DNA of 64,000 bases from Lama glama. Taxonomy: Eukaryota. The notes under the pieces are model-generated. The model saw only the letters and a list, made by a program, of their open reading frames with translations. It was not told where the DNA came from and searched no databases. The position numbers and the translations under genes are program-made. Shown here one piece after another: positions 12,295 through 23,370 of the stretch (positions are counted from its first letter, which is position 1; every line of letters begins with the position of its first letter). The DNA lies in the NCBI GenBank assembly GCA_028534125.1, contig CM052817.1:39372001-39436000 (forward strand). Reading direction: 5' to 3'.

Positions 12295-13317
12295 CATAGG
12301 CAGATTTACCATGAATTAGTCAAGTTTAAATTTTAGGGTGCCTCTTTTGCTCAAGTCTTCTTTCAAGACCCAAAGGAGAAGCCTGAACTGACTGTTCTCA
12401 CTGTCATGTTTACTAAGTTTGCAAACCTAAGGTTTTTACCACAATCAGTCAGGACCACTGGCTCTTTTGGCTCCTTCCACTCCACATTCCTCTCTAGTCA
12501 GGTGGCACCAGGGGGAACAGGCATATTTCAGGATCACACTAAGGGGAAGTTAAGTTATGGATACCTCTGGGTTGAATTCAGTGGGATATATTTATGAAGT
12601 TCATAGTTATAGGGCCAGAGTTCATACCACCATCTGGATATGCCCCATGGTACCAGCACCAGGAAGATGTGACTGGAGGAGGAGAAAAGATGTTTAATGT
12701 GAACAGAGCTGTGAGCTATCTCTGAATAAATTCTTCAAAATATTACAACTCATATATGAAAGAAACTTGATACAGGTTTTCCCAAATTTGACAACTCTAA
12801 AGTTTTGCATGACCTTGCCAATAACAAATTATGAGGCTGGGGAAATGCTTCTAAACTACCAGTAAATTAAAAATTCTTTAACTATTCCAGAGGAGAGTTT
12901 ATATTATTTCCCTAATCTTTTGTAAAAAAATGTTATTATTTTGGTTTCTAGATAAAATACAAGATACCTGGTTAAATTTGAATTTCAAACAAACAACAAA
13001 TAATTTTAGTATAAGTATTCCCAATATAGTACAGAATTCAAATTGAACTAGACTTCTTGTATGTTTATTTGTTAAACCTGGCAACCCTATAAAGTAAAAA
13101 ATCATTAGTATAGGAAAAGAAGAGTATGCAGCCTAAAAATGCAGGAAAGGAAGCATTATAGAGGTGTGTTAGGCAATTAATTAAGAAAAAGCATAGGTGT
13201 TTTTCATGATTTTGTGATATTTATAGTACTTGCCAGCTTTGTCCTTTAATAAATATATATATACTAAATTTATAATCAATTCTTCTAAGGCAGCCCACAG
13301 ACCCGGATCTGCCCCTG
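12295..13317 (+). mobile_element. hAT-Tip100 DNA transposon (Zaphod/MER115-like), deletion derivative
   Basis: Imperfect TIRs CATAGGCAGATTT ... GGATCTGCCCCTG; internal remnant translating FPNLTTLKFCMTLPITNYEAGE (~12778-12845), resembling the hAT C-terminal dimerisation motif. Confidence 0.7.
12940..13089 (+). mobile_element. MER53 MITE nested in the hAT-Tip100 element
   Basis: AGATAAAATACAAGATACCTGGTTAAATTTGAATTTCAAACAAACAAC...AATTCAAATTGAACTAG...AAACCTGGCAACCCTA matches the palindromic MER53, with a central deletion. Confidence 0.85.
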
Positions 13318-13384
13318 CCCTCACCTCTTCCCCTAAAGGATACAAGAATCTCTCAGGTCTCCTAGGAGTAGAATGGGAAGGACA

Positions 13385-14120
13385 GCCAAAAGGAGTAATG
13401 ATCTAATGCTGGCTAAATACATTAAAGGGAGTAAGAAGGGTTTTACAACTGTACCAGGGAAAAGAAATATTTGAGCATATGTAGAGCCATTAACAAATAA
13501 GGAAAGGGGTGAAATTAATAATGACTCTAAAACAGCTGAGATAATGAACTTCTTTTTCAACTCTGTCTTTGGCAAGATAAATAAGGAAATGGAATTTGCA
13601 GAATTAGGAAGTAATGAAGACCTTGTAAAAATAGCTATTAATATAAGGTAGGTAAAAAATGCTTAGAAAACCTGAATAAATCAAGATGACTTGGAAATAT
13701 GCATCCTGGAGTCTAGAGGTGAGCACATAATGGAGTCACTAAACTGCAGATCATTGTTTTTAAGAATTGTGAGGAGATTGAGAGCAGAGAGGACAATGGG
13801 AAGCACACACACAAAAAATGAATTCCAGGAAAGAAGTTGAAAAGTATAAAAAATTATTCTAGCCACTATAAAGTACATTTGAATTATTTAATAACCCAAA
13901 GGAAACAGGCTACTTATTAAGGAAATTCAATAAAAATATTTATTAAAGCTCATAAGATCACAAAACCAGAGAAGAGTCAATAATTTGTATGTACATTAAG
14001 AAGGCTGCCAGATAATAAAAGAGGCATGTATGTAGTATTATATGTAATGAATATTTCATATGCAAAATTATTCTTGATTGGCTGGATGAAGAATGTAGTT
14101 TATTCAATTAAAACCAATAC
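13385..14120 (+). mobile_element. L3/CR1 LINE ORF2 fragment (linker and RT N-terminus)
   Basis: Translates LMLAKYIKGSKKGF...VEPLTNKERGEINNDSKTAEIMNFFFNSVFG and LENLNKSR*LGNMHPGV (cf. CR1 LARDVKxNKKGF...KAEVLNAFFASVFT...GPDGIHPRVL); the part after ~13870 is more degenerate. Confidence 0.8.
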
Positions 14121-14439
14121 AAGAATCATAAATTACAAAAATAAATCATAAACACTAAAATGTAATGCTGGAAGAAAAATAGTGGGATAGAGGAAGAGTG
14201 AAAGGAGCAGGAGCTATGCTAATTGCCAGCCAGATTCTTAAACTCTTTTGAGATTCTCAAAAGAGGTATTAGCAAGATCTGTAACTGATAAGTTTCTCAT
14301 TAGGAAGATTCTTCAACTTAGACCTCATGAAATCACAAAGTCCAAGAACTAGAAGTTACCTAACATAAGGATATTAAAATTAATTTTCACAAGGCAAAAA
14401 ATAAAATCCAAGGAACAACAAAAATCAATGAAAAATTGA

Positions 14440-14670
14440 CATTAGCCAATTCAATTATTCGATAGATGGGAAAGTTGGGACTCAACACTTGTCCAAGGTA
14501 GCTAAAAACAAAGCCAGGATTGGAAACCAGATCTTTCTGATTTTGTGTTTAACGGTTGTTTTTTAGATTTTGTCGTAAGCCCCATGAGGGCAGAGACCAC
14601 TGTACCTCAGCACCTCACCCTATGCCTGGCATACACATACTCAATATTTGCTAAGTTATTTGGTAAGCAT
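14440..14670. mobile_element. MIR (-) fragment followed by an L2 3' end (+)
   Basis: GATGGGAAAGTTGGGACTC..CTTGTCCAAGG..GGATTGGAAACCAGATCT; GTAAGCCCCATGAGGGCAGAGACC...TGCCTGGCATA..ACTCAATATTTGCT. Confidence 0.6.
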
Positions 14671-15569
14671 GATACTACCACTATTCACCTCTACTTTTAT
14701 TTAAGGAACCCCCTCCTTTTGTTCCTAATGTCCTATTAGCAAGTAGTCTTGGTGTGATTACTCCTGAGGTGCCACAAGCAGAAAACTACTTATTCATTCT
14801 TGAAAATGATGTTAATTTTATTAAAGGCAACAGTGACATCAAAGTTTTTTGCCCTAAAAGAAAGGATTTGTAGATTCATGTTTGTGATAACCCTTTTAGG
14901 TATGTGTGTGTTTGCATTCATTCAGAGGAAAAGTGATCTCTAGAGAATGAAGATTATGTATGTGAAGAACCTGGGCAAGAGCAAGCTTCATCTAGAAAGG
15001 AAGAATAGATATTCAACAAATGTTTCGTTTTCTCTCTCATCTTTGAAGCAGCAGGGGCATTCGCACCCACAGCAGTCAGATCACTTCTTATGCATCAAGA
15101 GACAACCTGGAATACCAGTGCACATTACTGCGAATGGAGAACATCCTAGAAAATGGAATAGAGAAAGGCTAAGAAGTCTCAGGGAAACAAATGGTCTCAA
15201 TCTACTCTTAAGTGAGCCCCAGAACCACACCAATACCTGATTCTATTGTCAACTGACCTTGTGACATTAATGAAAGTGCCTTGGGTATCTGAAATGAATT
15301 TGAAGCCTCTGTTCAATGATTCCAGAACTTCTACAGAGAAAGGGCTTATAAGCAGCAATGTTTCAATGTGTTAGGGAAATTGCATGGCAAACACAACATT
15401 TTAATTTAGATTGTGTATGTACTTACGGTGGCTGGACAGAAGTTGGTCTGTTCTTAGAGATGATCAGTATTCTATTGTTCATCTCCTTCCTCAGGGAGGC
15501 CACAGTTTGGGCTCTCACTGCCTGTGCCCTCAAAAATAATAAAGGAGCTAACCTTGGGCACCTTGTTGT

Positions 15570-15700
15570 GATATAGGGAGGCTGTAAACAGTTTAACCTG
15601 GAAAAGATCTATCTTCATCATGATTAACAAATTTTGTCTCTAGGAAAGCTGCACATGGAGTAAAGTACAAGACCAGAAGAAATGGGAGTAGATCATTCTG
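15570..15700 (+). mobile_element. L3/CR1 ORF2 C-terminal fragment
   Basis: TTTAACCTGGAAAAG (FNLEK, cf. FSLEKRR) and GACCAGAAGAAATGGG (cf. RTRxNG). Confidence 0.4.
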
Positions 15701-16544
15701 ACTGGACCATCTGACTGGGAGGCAGTTCAGAGATGATCCTAAATCCAGAACAGCTAAGAAAGAATTTCAACTCAAGAAGACAGATCAAAAACCACACTTG
15801 TCTGTTGCAGTACTAAGTGCTGCTAGTTCTCAGAAACGAACCAGCTCAATGCAGCCAAGGATGTTTGGGAGTCTTTCGTCTGAATGCTGGATTGGACAGC
15901 TTATTGTGTGCTTTTTGAAATGAAGACTCTAGGCGTCTTGACTACAGCTAAACACAAGGTCATAACCTTCATCTGTCATTCAGATGCAAATGAATAGCTA
16001 AATTCATGTTTAAATACTCTTTAAGTTGCTCAGATGTGTTTCTTTCACTTGAGTATCTCCCCCCAAAATTACTATGGCATGTGTGCTCCTCTTCAATGTC
16101 CAATCTTTCCACTCTTGGAAAAACAGAACTGGACCACTCAGCATTATTCTCTGTATTGTATTAATGAAGAGTTGCTAGGAAGAGACATGAGAAGGGCAGG
16201 CTCTCAGCTGACTTAGAAATTAATTACAGAAAAATGCAGAGACAGGGTTCTTAGAGACTCAGTGAGATCAAAGCTGATTTCAGACATGTTTCTGAAAAAG
16301 CAGAGGCATAAATTCTATTCTGTCATGAAGAAAATTGTCTTCTTTTCACTCAGTGATTTTTGTAACTCAAATTTAAAGTTCATCTTCTCTTAGCAGAATA
16401 TTATTTCAACAAATTCTTTTTTGACAATAGTTCAATTAGACAAAAAGTTTCCTTACTCAATAAAAGAGACACAATGGTGCTGTTGTTTTGGCTGTGGCTT
16501 TTCAAGGAAACACATTTTAGAAAATCACCCCAAATAATGTCAGT

Positions 16545-16750
16545 TTGAAGGTGCAGCATTTATTAAGCTCTGACTACATGAGAGGCACTGTGCTGAGGAA
16601 AGTGAGTACAGAGATAAATAACACATGCTTTTGGATCAATCTAAAGACCTGTAACCAGGAGAAGGACAGGCACATTTGCAGATAACCATGATCCAAAGCA
16701 ACTATAAACTGTGAATTCAAGGTAAGTCCATAGATAAGGGCCAAGAGAAT
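16545..16750 (-). mobile_element. L2 3' fragment
   Basis: AGCATTTATTAAGCTCTGACTACATGAGAGGCACTGTGCTGAGG is the reverse complement of the L2 3' end. Confidence 0.7.
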
Positions 16751-16799
16751 GTCTATAAAATCTTATGCCACATTTACAGTAATAAAAATGTTTAGAACA

Positions 16800-17310
16800 A
16801 TGAGCAGTATTGTTTTGCTCTATTTGGTGGTGGGTAGTTCATATCTGTATCATTGAGTTGAGCTCTGAGCATCATATTTTAAGAAGGATATAGACAAACT
16901 GGAGTATCTTGAAATGAAAGTGAAAGGCTGGTTGAGGAAACAGACAAAACATGTCCTGAAGAGTAGCTTTAGGAGGTGAAGATGTTCAGCCCTGGGAAGA
17001 GTGATAAAGCAGCCCGTGATAAATGTCTTTAAAGAACAGAGTGCTGTCCTGCGAAGGGGGAGTGGACTCCAGCAGACAAGGCAAGTACCAGTGGGTGGAA
17101 GTTAAAAACAGGTAACCCTGGATATTAGGCGACTCTTCTAGCAATTAAAACTGCTTTTAATTGGAATGGTTGTCTCTGAAAAGTGTGAACTGCTTGCTTA
17201 TAGAATTGTTAAAGAGAGGCTGCATGGTTACTCGTGGAGGGTGTTGAAGAAGGGGTTCATGCAATAAAGAGGCTTTGGCTAAATGACTCTTTAGGACCCT
17301 CTGAGGTCTC
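16800..17310 (+). mobile_element. L3/CR1 LINE 3' end
   Basis: TTTAAGAAGGATATAGACAAACTGGAG = FKKDIDKLE; ATGTTCAGCCCTGGGAAG; TTGGAATGG; ends TTGGCTAAATGACTCTTTAGGACCCT, like the L3 tail. Confidence 0.85.
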
Positions 17311-17534
17311 GAGGGTCCTTAGTACTACATTAGGGGACTAAGAACATACAAAGGAAGAATGGGCAAGGAATATTAATGCTGCTCATAAGAACTGGGGGTC
17401 CTTGTACAGGACATGAGACTTAAGCTGAGATTTGAAGAGCAGCTAGGATCTCAGAACATAGTGACGAAAAGAAAGTGCATTCCCAGTATAAGCAGCAGCA
17501 AAAACAATTGTAAATGATGTTACCCTTGGGAAAT

Positions 17535-17645
17535 AAGGGTCATGGAAAGAGTCTGGGCTTTGGAGTTAGACTGACCTGCACTCAAGTCCTGGTTCACTTT
17601 CTTTTAGTGACTGTGTCTCCACCGATGACTTCAGCTAAGACTGTA
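17535..17645 (+). mobile_element. MIR 5' fragment
   Basis: ATGGAAAGAGTCTGGGCTTTGGAGTTAGACTGACCTGCACTCAAGTCCTGG. Confidence 0.7.
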
Positions 17646-17659
17646 CCCTCCCCAGTACC

Positions 17660-18615
17660 ACGTCCTTCTTAGCTCCAGACCCGTTCAGAAAGCATCCTCA
17701 TGGGTCTCATGTACTTCTTAAACTCAATATGTTTACAGCTAAGCTTGCTGTCTTTCATTTGAAATCAACTCCTCTTTCTAAATTCCCTCCTTCAGTGAAA
17801 GCATCGCTGAGCACCCTCGCTGTCTGGCCAAAACATGGCAATCAGCTTAGATTTATCCTTTTCCACACAGTATATGGCCGCTGCCAATCCCCACTTCCTG
17901 GCCACCTCCTCTCCTAAATAGATTGAAGTATTTTCTTCCTCCTTTCCAGGCCCATGCCTCCGCTTACTTCACAAGTCTGTTGTTTCTCACTTAAACTCCT
18001 AAGTAGTCTAACTCGATCTTCACCACATTTTTGCCTTCAGCATATCTTCCACCTTGGGGTAAAAATGCCATATTAATTGCCAATCTTACCACATATCTTT
18101 TCTGCTTAAAGGTATCAGCAAATTCTTATCATCTTCATGATAAAATTTAAGTTACTTAATGTGGCACACAAAGTTCTTCATGGTCAAACCCTTGTTAAGT
18201 TGAATTCAGTACAACCCTTGTTTTACTCTCAACTCCTTCCTTAGTGAAGTTCTTGCCATTGTCCATTGTACCACATTTCTCCAAGCTTCTAGTCCTTTGC
18301 TCATGGAAACTCTTGGACTAGAAACCCACTTCTCAGTTATTCTCTTGGTTCACACTTTTGTGAAGGCTCAGCTCTGGTATCACCACCCTTGGAAGCCTTC
18401 CCTGAACACATTTTCCTCTTTCCTCTTCCACTTTGTTAAAAGCTCCCAGAGCAACCTGTATGTGCCTTTATCATGGCATTACTCACACTCCAGTGTGATT
18501 GTCCACTTACTCCTCCACCTTCTATACCAGTCTCTGAGCAACTGGAGGGCAAGTATGGCATCTTCAGCTGCTGTATCCCTGGCACCTGGAAGCTACATAG
18601 TGGAATGGATGACAG
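17660..18615 (+). mobile_element. L2 LINE 3' portion
   Basis: CTTAAACTCAATATGTTTACAGCTAAGC...AAGGCTCAGCTC..TCACC..GGAAGCCTTCCCTGA...CTGAGCAACTGGAGGGCAAG...TGTATCCCTGGCACCTGG. Confidence 0.8.
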
Positions 18616-19401
18616 TTCTCCTTACTGGTTGTACAGTCTTGAACTTAACTTCTATGAGCTTCATTTTAATAATCTGTGAAGCAGAAATCTAATAATCTGT
18701 GAAGCACTGTGGGGAGCTTGATGAATTTTAAGAGCTAGACTATTGTTCCATCTCTGGGAAGCAGAAGAACAGCTCAATTATGAAAGCATGTTTTTAATCA
18801 ACAAAGGATTTGTTATTATAAATAATATTGAGTCATATCTGGATTTCAATCCAAAAGAAACAACTTTAATTTTTACCCATTTTCGCATTTTTCTTTTTTT
18901 AATAATTTTTATCATTAGAATAAATTCATTTATGTGTTCACCTCAAATTCTTTCTTAAACAAAGTAAAGCATTATTTAATTTGCATCTAAATGTTTAAAA
19001 TACTGATTATTTATGAACGTTAACTTAGGAAACAATAGATACAAATATAAACAATTTGTAAAACAGACTTTGCACTAAAGGCCCTAACTATAGTGAATTT
19101 ATGGTATTTCTATTTCTGATCCTAATGTATTTGTATTTTCCTTAGTCTATCTTAAAATGAAGTAGTGAACCTAGCTCAGAGCTAGCAAGTCAAATAGTGA
19201 CGGGACCTGATACTCCAGGCCTGGCGATGCTGCGCAACTAACCAAAGTCAAAGTACGCTCAGAGGTAGGGTGACTGCCAGTCCATGGAACAGGCTAAAGC
19301 TTGCTTCATCCCCATCCTTTCCCCCAAACCCCAGCACCCAATTAGAGCTTCACTAATGCCACCTCTGTAAGACTGGCTCCATCTTGATAATACTAAAGGC
19401 T

Positions 19402-19404
<3 letters not shown>

Positions 19405-19439
<35 letters not shown>
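19405..19439 (+). repeat. (CA)n microsatellite
   Basis: Directly visible. Confidence 0.95.
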
Positions 19440-19442
<3 letters not shown>

Positions 19443-19524
19443 CCCTTGTAATTCACTTATTCAATTTCCTAAAATGCTTATTTCATTTTGTAAAATATTG
19501 ATGACAAATTCTAAAGACTTCTCC

Positions 19525-19750
19525 ATTTGATTACCATTTATTGAAGACCCACTAAGCCTGAACACTGTGTTAGGTGTGGGGATGCAAAAGAAAGACACAC
19601 AGGTCCTTGGCACCAGGACCTTAGAGCTGAGGAGACAAGCTCTATGTACCAGAACTGTAAAATAACATAAAATGAGTTAAAATGGTGACACATAAGATCT
19701 GCAAAAAGGATGTACAGATAAGGGATAATGGGAGGCCTGGGCTTCTTGTG
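19525..19750 (-). mobile_element. L2 3' fragment
   Basis: CATTTATTGAAGACCCACTAAGCCTGAACACTGTGTTAGGTGTGGGGATGCAAAAG. Confidence 0.7.
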
Positions 19751-20924
19751 GTAACAAGGACAGGGATAAAGAGCTTAGAGAAAAATAATCTTGAATACAA
19801 TAAGGGTTATAAATATTGTTGAGTGAAGCAGTCAACAGGGATCTTAAAATTCACAAGCCAAAGGTTTGTGATTGTATCTATTTAATCATTTGAGCCTCTC
19901 TAACGACTGCACTTGGCCAGCTTTGGGGACGAAAGAGAAACAGGAGATACTGGGGACTACTTGCCCAGGTATGGATACTGGAGGGGTGGGGTATATATCC
20001 CCTGCTCTTATCCACCAAGTATAAGGGTAGATACAAAATTTTACTATCAGCTGAACGGGCCCTTGGGAAGAGTGAAGACACTAACTCAGCCACAGTTTTA
20101 TGCACATCATTTTCCTCCTACTGTCCATGTACACTGTCCTCACAAGGGCTCTACCCTGCCCTTGTCTGGCTCTTTGTTTAGTATGCTTTGAAACATCAAC
20201 TATTTAGCACCCTACTTCTAACCCATTAGTAATGTACTGGCTTCACTGTGAGTCCTCTCCTCTCATAAATAAAAGCTAGAAGAAAGACTGACTAAGGGAG
20301 TATCACTCAATTCCCTTTGGGATGCTTCTCCATCCCCATTCATTCTTCCATCCTCTCAAAGAAGCAAAAGAAGATTCTTGCAGATAACCTGAGACAGCTG
20401 CCGGTTGCCATCAGTGTGGAGACAAGATGGAGACAACTTAAGAACCAGCGAAGGGGACCAACCACGTGAAGCACAGATCTTGCATAAAATCATCCAGTGT
20501 GAAGAACTGGGTGTCTGCATCTATGCTCATCAGGAAGTTTAACCAGGGAGACCAGCCAATGAGAAGAGAGATGGCTGAGACCTCCCAAGGTAGCTGCCTC
20601 ATCTTTCTACAACAAGCTCACCCTGCACAGTTTGGGTGAGTGACGTATCACATTCAGACAGCAATGTTCTCATTTCAGCCTTTCAAAAGATAAAGCTACC
20701 AATGGAATTGGAGATTAGAGGAATTCTAAAACATCGTCCAAGTAAGTCTGCTGTGCTAGGAGAGGTGGTAGGTTTCTCTCTTGTGACCAAAAGCTAGAGG
20801 GTCAAGCCTATCAAAGAACAAAAATTCATAAATAATTTATTTTTTGAATTGATTGTGTATGTTTGGTTTGGGGGAGGGAGTCATAAAAATAATCATTTCT
20901 CCTCAAGGATCCTACTTATAATAA

Positions 20925-21170
20925 CAATGATATACAAAGGCTTCCATATAGTTCCAGGAAGTCTGCTAAGCAGTTTCCATGTTTAAACACACATAACTCT
21001 CAAAAATACCTTATGAAATTGGTACTATTACTCTACCTATTCTACAAATGAGGAAATTCAGGCATAAAGAAGTCATGCAGATGTAAAGACGCACAGCTGG
21101 CAAGAAATGGAACAGTGTTTATATTTACGCAGTCTGGCTCCAGGGTATGGTCTTTAAACTGCTACGGTAG
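20925..21170 (-). mobile_element. MIR
   Basis: GGTACTATTACTCTACCTATTCTACAAATGAGGAAATTCAGGCATAAAGAAGT...GCAGTCTGGCTCCAGGG. Confidence 0.85.
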
Positions 21171-21549
21171 CTTAGCCTGGTAAGACATCCAGCTATCTAA
21201 AAAGATTCTGTTCACATAAAGATGTTATCAATAAAATCCACCTTCCAAAATTAGCTCAGAAAGGAAGACAAAAGAAAAAAATGAATGTAGGGTAACTAGG
21301 CGTAGTAAAGAGAACACTGGAATAAGAATATGTTATATATGAATAAGTCATGCTGACGATTTTCATTCAACTCTACCTTCATCTCCTCAGTTGTAAAATG
21401 ACACCAACCTCACAGCAATATAAAGGTAAATAAAGTTTTGCAGGTAAATGCCTATTACCTAATAAGTGTAAATAAACACTACCATGGAACACATTTGGCA
21501 CCTATGTTGGTAACTTACCTACTGTGTATCATTCTATGCTCACCTCTTC

Positions 21550-22065
21550 GACCCTTGTGATTATATTGGGTAGATAATCCAGGATAACCTTCCCATCAGA
21601 AAATCCTCAACCGTCTGCAGCTGCGCTTTACAAGGGAAGGGATGGTGCCCCGGGGACAAACTGTGATTTCCTGAAAGAGGATCAAACCCCGTATCCTTTT
21701 CTTACTGCCTTCTGACCTCGTGTTAGTACCCTGATGAAGACCAAGGGATTATTTTAGCTCTCACGGAAGCAGGGCCGGCGGAAGGAGGGGGTACTGCCTG
21801 GCTCACAGAAGGAGGGCGACATCTTCAGACACAGAACAGGCCAGTGACAACCTTTTACTTTCAATTACTGACCTTCTGAATAAAAGGACTGGTTGTATCA
21901 GCCAAAAAAACAAAAACAAAAACAAAAACAAAAACAAAAACAAAAACAAAAACACCCAATCACATCTGCGAGATCCCTTTGCTATGTAAGGCAACATATT
22001 CACAGAAGTGGGGATCAGGATGTGGATAAATTGGGGGTTGAAGGGGCATTATTCTGTCTACAACA
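21550..22065 (-). mobile_element. MLT1D/E-like MaLR LTR 5' part, interrupted at ~21612-21955
   Basis: GACCCTTGTGATTATATTGGG..ATAATCCAGGATAACCTTCCCATC..ATCCTCAAC // AATCACATCTGCGAGATCCCTTTGCTATGTAAGGCAACATATTCACAG...GGCATTATTCTGTCTACAACA; the two halves are contiguous in the consensus as I recall it. Confidence 0.85.
21612..21953 (+). pseudogene. 5'-truncated retrocopy of an unidentified polyadenylated RNA (3' UTR-like), or an orphan 3' transduction
   Basis: ~290 bp of non-MLT, CpG-retaining sequence; AATAAA at 21879-21884, 19 nt before an A7(CAAAAA)n tail; inserted inside an LTR. Confidence 0.7.
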
Positions 22066-22325
22066 GGGCCCATGATCAGATTTTGACTGAAGTGATCACT
22101 AGTGGAAAATCCAGGAGTATTTGTCTTTGATAAGAAGAAATACAAGAAGAAAAGATTAATAAAGGTCAATAAATCTGTAAATCCTAGGCTTCTCTTTCTA
22201 TGGGATTATAAACAATGCATTTAATATCTTATGATGACAGTATTCACCTTAGTGTGACCAAAAAGTTAAATCTGTAACTTGTCTACTTTATGATAATAGA
22301 CCATCCATCAGGGGCAACTTAAGAC

Positions 22326-22639
22326 AGGGATTGCCAACTCAAATACCCACAGGGGCTAGACAGATAATGTAAATGAATGAAGCAGTTCAGGTATTGGATT
22401 AGGCAGAGACGGTGATAAACTGAAGTACATGGCTTGTCTAGAAGAGGAAGCTTCTACCCAGTTGCAGGCAATTACTGCCGTACCAAATGCCAAATTCAAC
22501 ATAATTTAGAAATCTAGATTTTTATGTGAAGTTCCTTTTTCAGAAATAATTGCTCACTTTAAGAAATAATTGTGCTAGTCCAACAAAACACTTCTGTCTT
22601 TGGTAATCTACCTGCCAGTCATGCATTTCTGACCTCTCG
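22326..22639 (+). mobile_element. MER102 (hAT-Charlie)
   Basis: CAGGGATTGCCAACTCAAATACCCACAGGGGCTAGACAG..GTAAATGAATGAAGC...AGAAATCTAGATTTTTATGTGAAGTTCC...CAAAACAC...GACCTCT. Confidence 0.8.
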
Positions 22640-22779
22640 CCTAATAGTTCATCATGATGTATTTCCTCCCTTGAAATACCTAATACCAAGTAAGCCAGAA
22701 AGTCCAGCCTCCCCAGACTTAGGTCCAGACCTGATTAGTCTCAACTTAGAGTCCAGATAACCTGGAAGACTCATCATCC

Positions 22780-23095
22780 CTCGCTCTTATCCTGGGAGTC
22801 CTTTCTTCTGCACCTTCCCTTTCCATTCCTTCAGATGGAATTCTTCCCCTGTTCATATTTCTTAATCCTCTCCACTCTTCAGAGCCAAGCTCTAGTGCCA
22901 CTCCTCTATGACACCTCCTGGGTGCTCCCAACTAGACATGCTCTTTTCCCTTCTTGGTGTTCTCCCAGCATGTCTTATCTCCCCTCACCTAAGCTGTGAG
23001 CTCCCTGAGGATAGGAACTGTGTTCCTCACCTTTAATGCCCTGCAGAGCTTTGCATGTACAAATTATCCAGTCTCCGTTTGCTGAATGAATGGGC
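22780..23095 (+). mobile_element. L2 3' end
   Basis: CTGTGAGCTCCCTGAGGATAGGAACTGTG...GTTTGCTGAATGAATG. Confidence 0.75.
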
Positions 23096-23169
23096 TCTGA
23101 GGGAATCAGTGAGAAGAAGGGGAACTAAGTTTTATGTAGGTGCTTACTAAGCAGTATGAGGGCAGGTGG

Positions 23170-23370
23170 CACAGGTAACACAGTGGAAAGTGCACTGGCT
23201 TTGGATTCAGAGACCTGGGTTCAAATTTTGATCTTGACTTCTACTGGCCACCTGCTCAATTTAGGCATATTGCTTTCTCTTTCTGAATCTCAATTTTCCC
23301 AAATGCCTACCTCACATTGATCAAAATAAAAGATAGAACATGCAAAGTACTTAGTATAACACACACACAT
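23170..23370 (+). mobile_element. MIR
   Basis: CAGTGGAAAGTGCACTGGCTTTGGATTCAGAGACCTGGGTTCAAATT...TCTGAATCTCAATTTTCCC. Confidence 0.8.

Noticed and set aside
17293..17319. AGGACCCTC/GAGGGTCCT hairpin as a structured RNA or terminator
   Set aside because: A 9-bp stem at the end of an L3 fossil; too short for a miRNA precursor
18668..18707. Direct repeat TAATAATCTGTGAAGCA x2 (CRISPR-like or TSD)
   Set aside because: Only two copies, inside a MIR-like remnant; a simple local duplication
21893..22075. KQ-repeat peptide
   Set aside because: Translation of the (CAAAAA)n retro-tail
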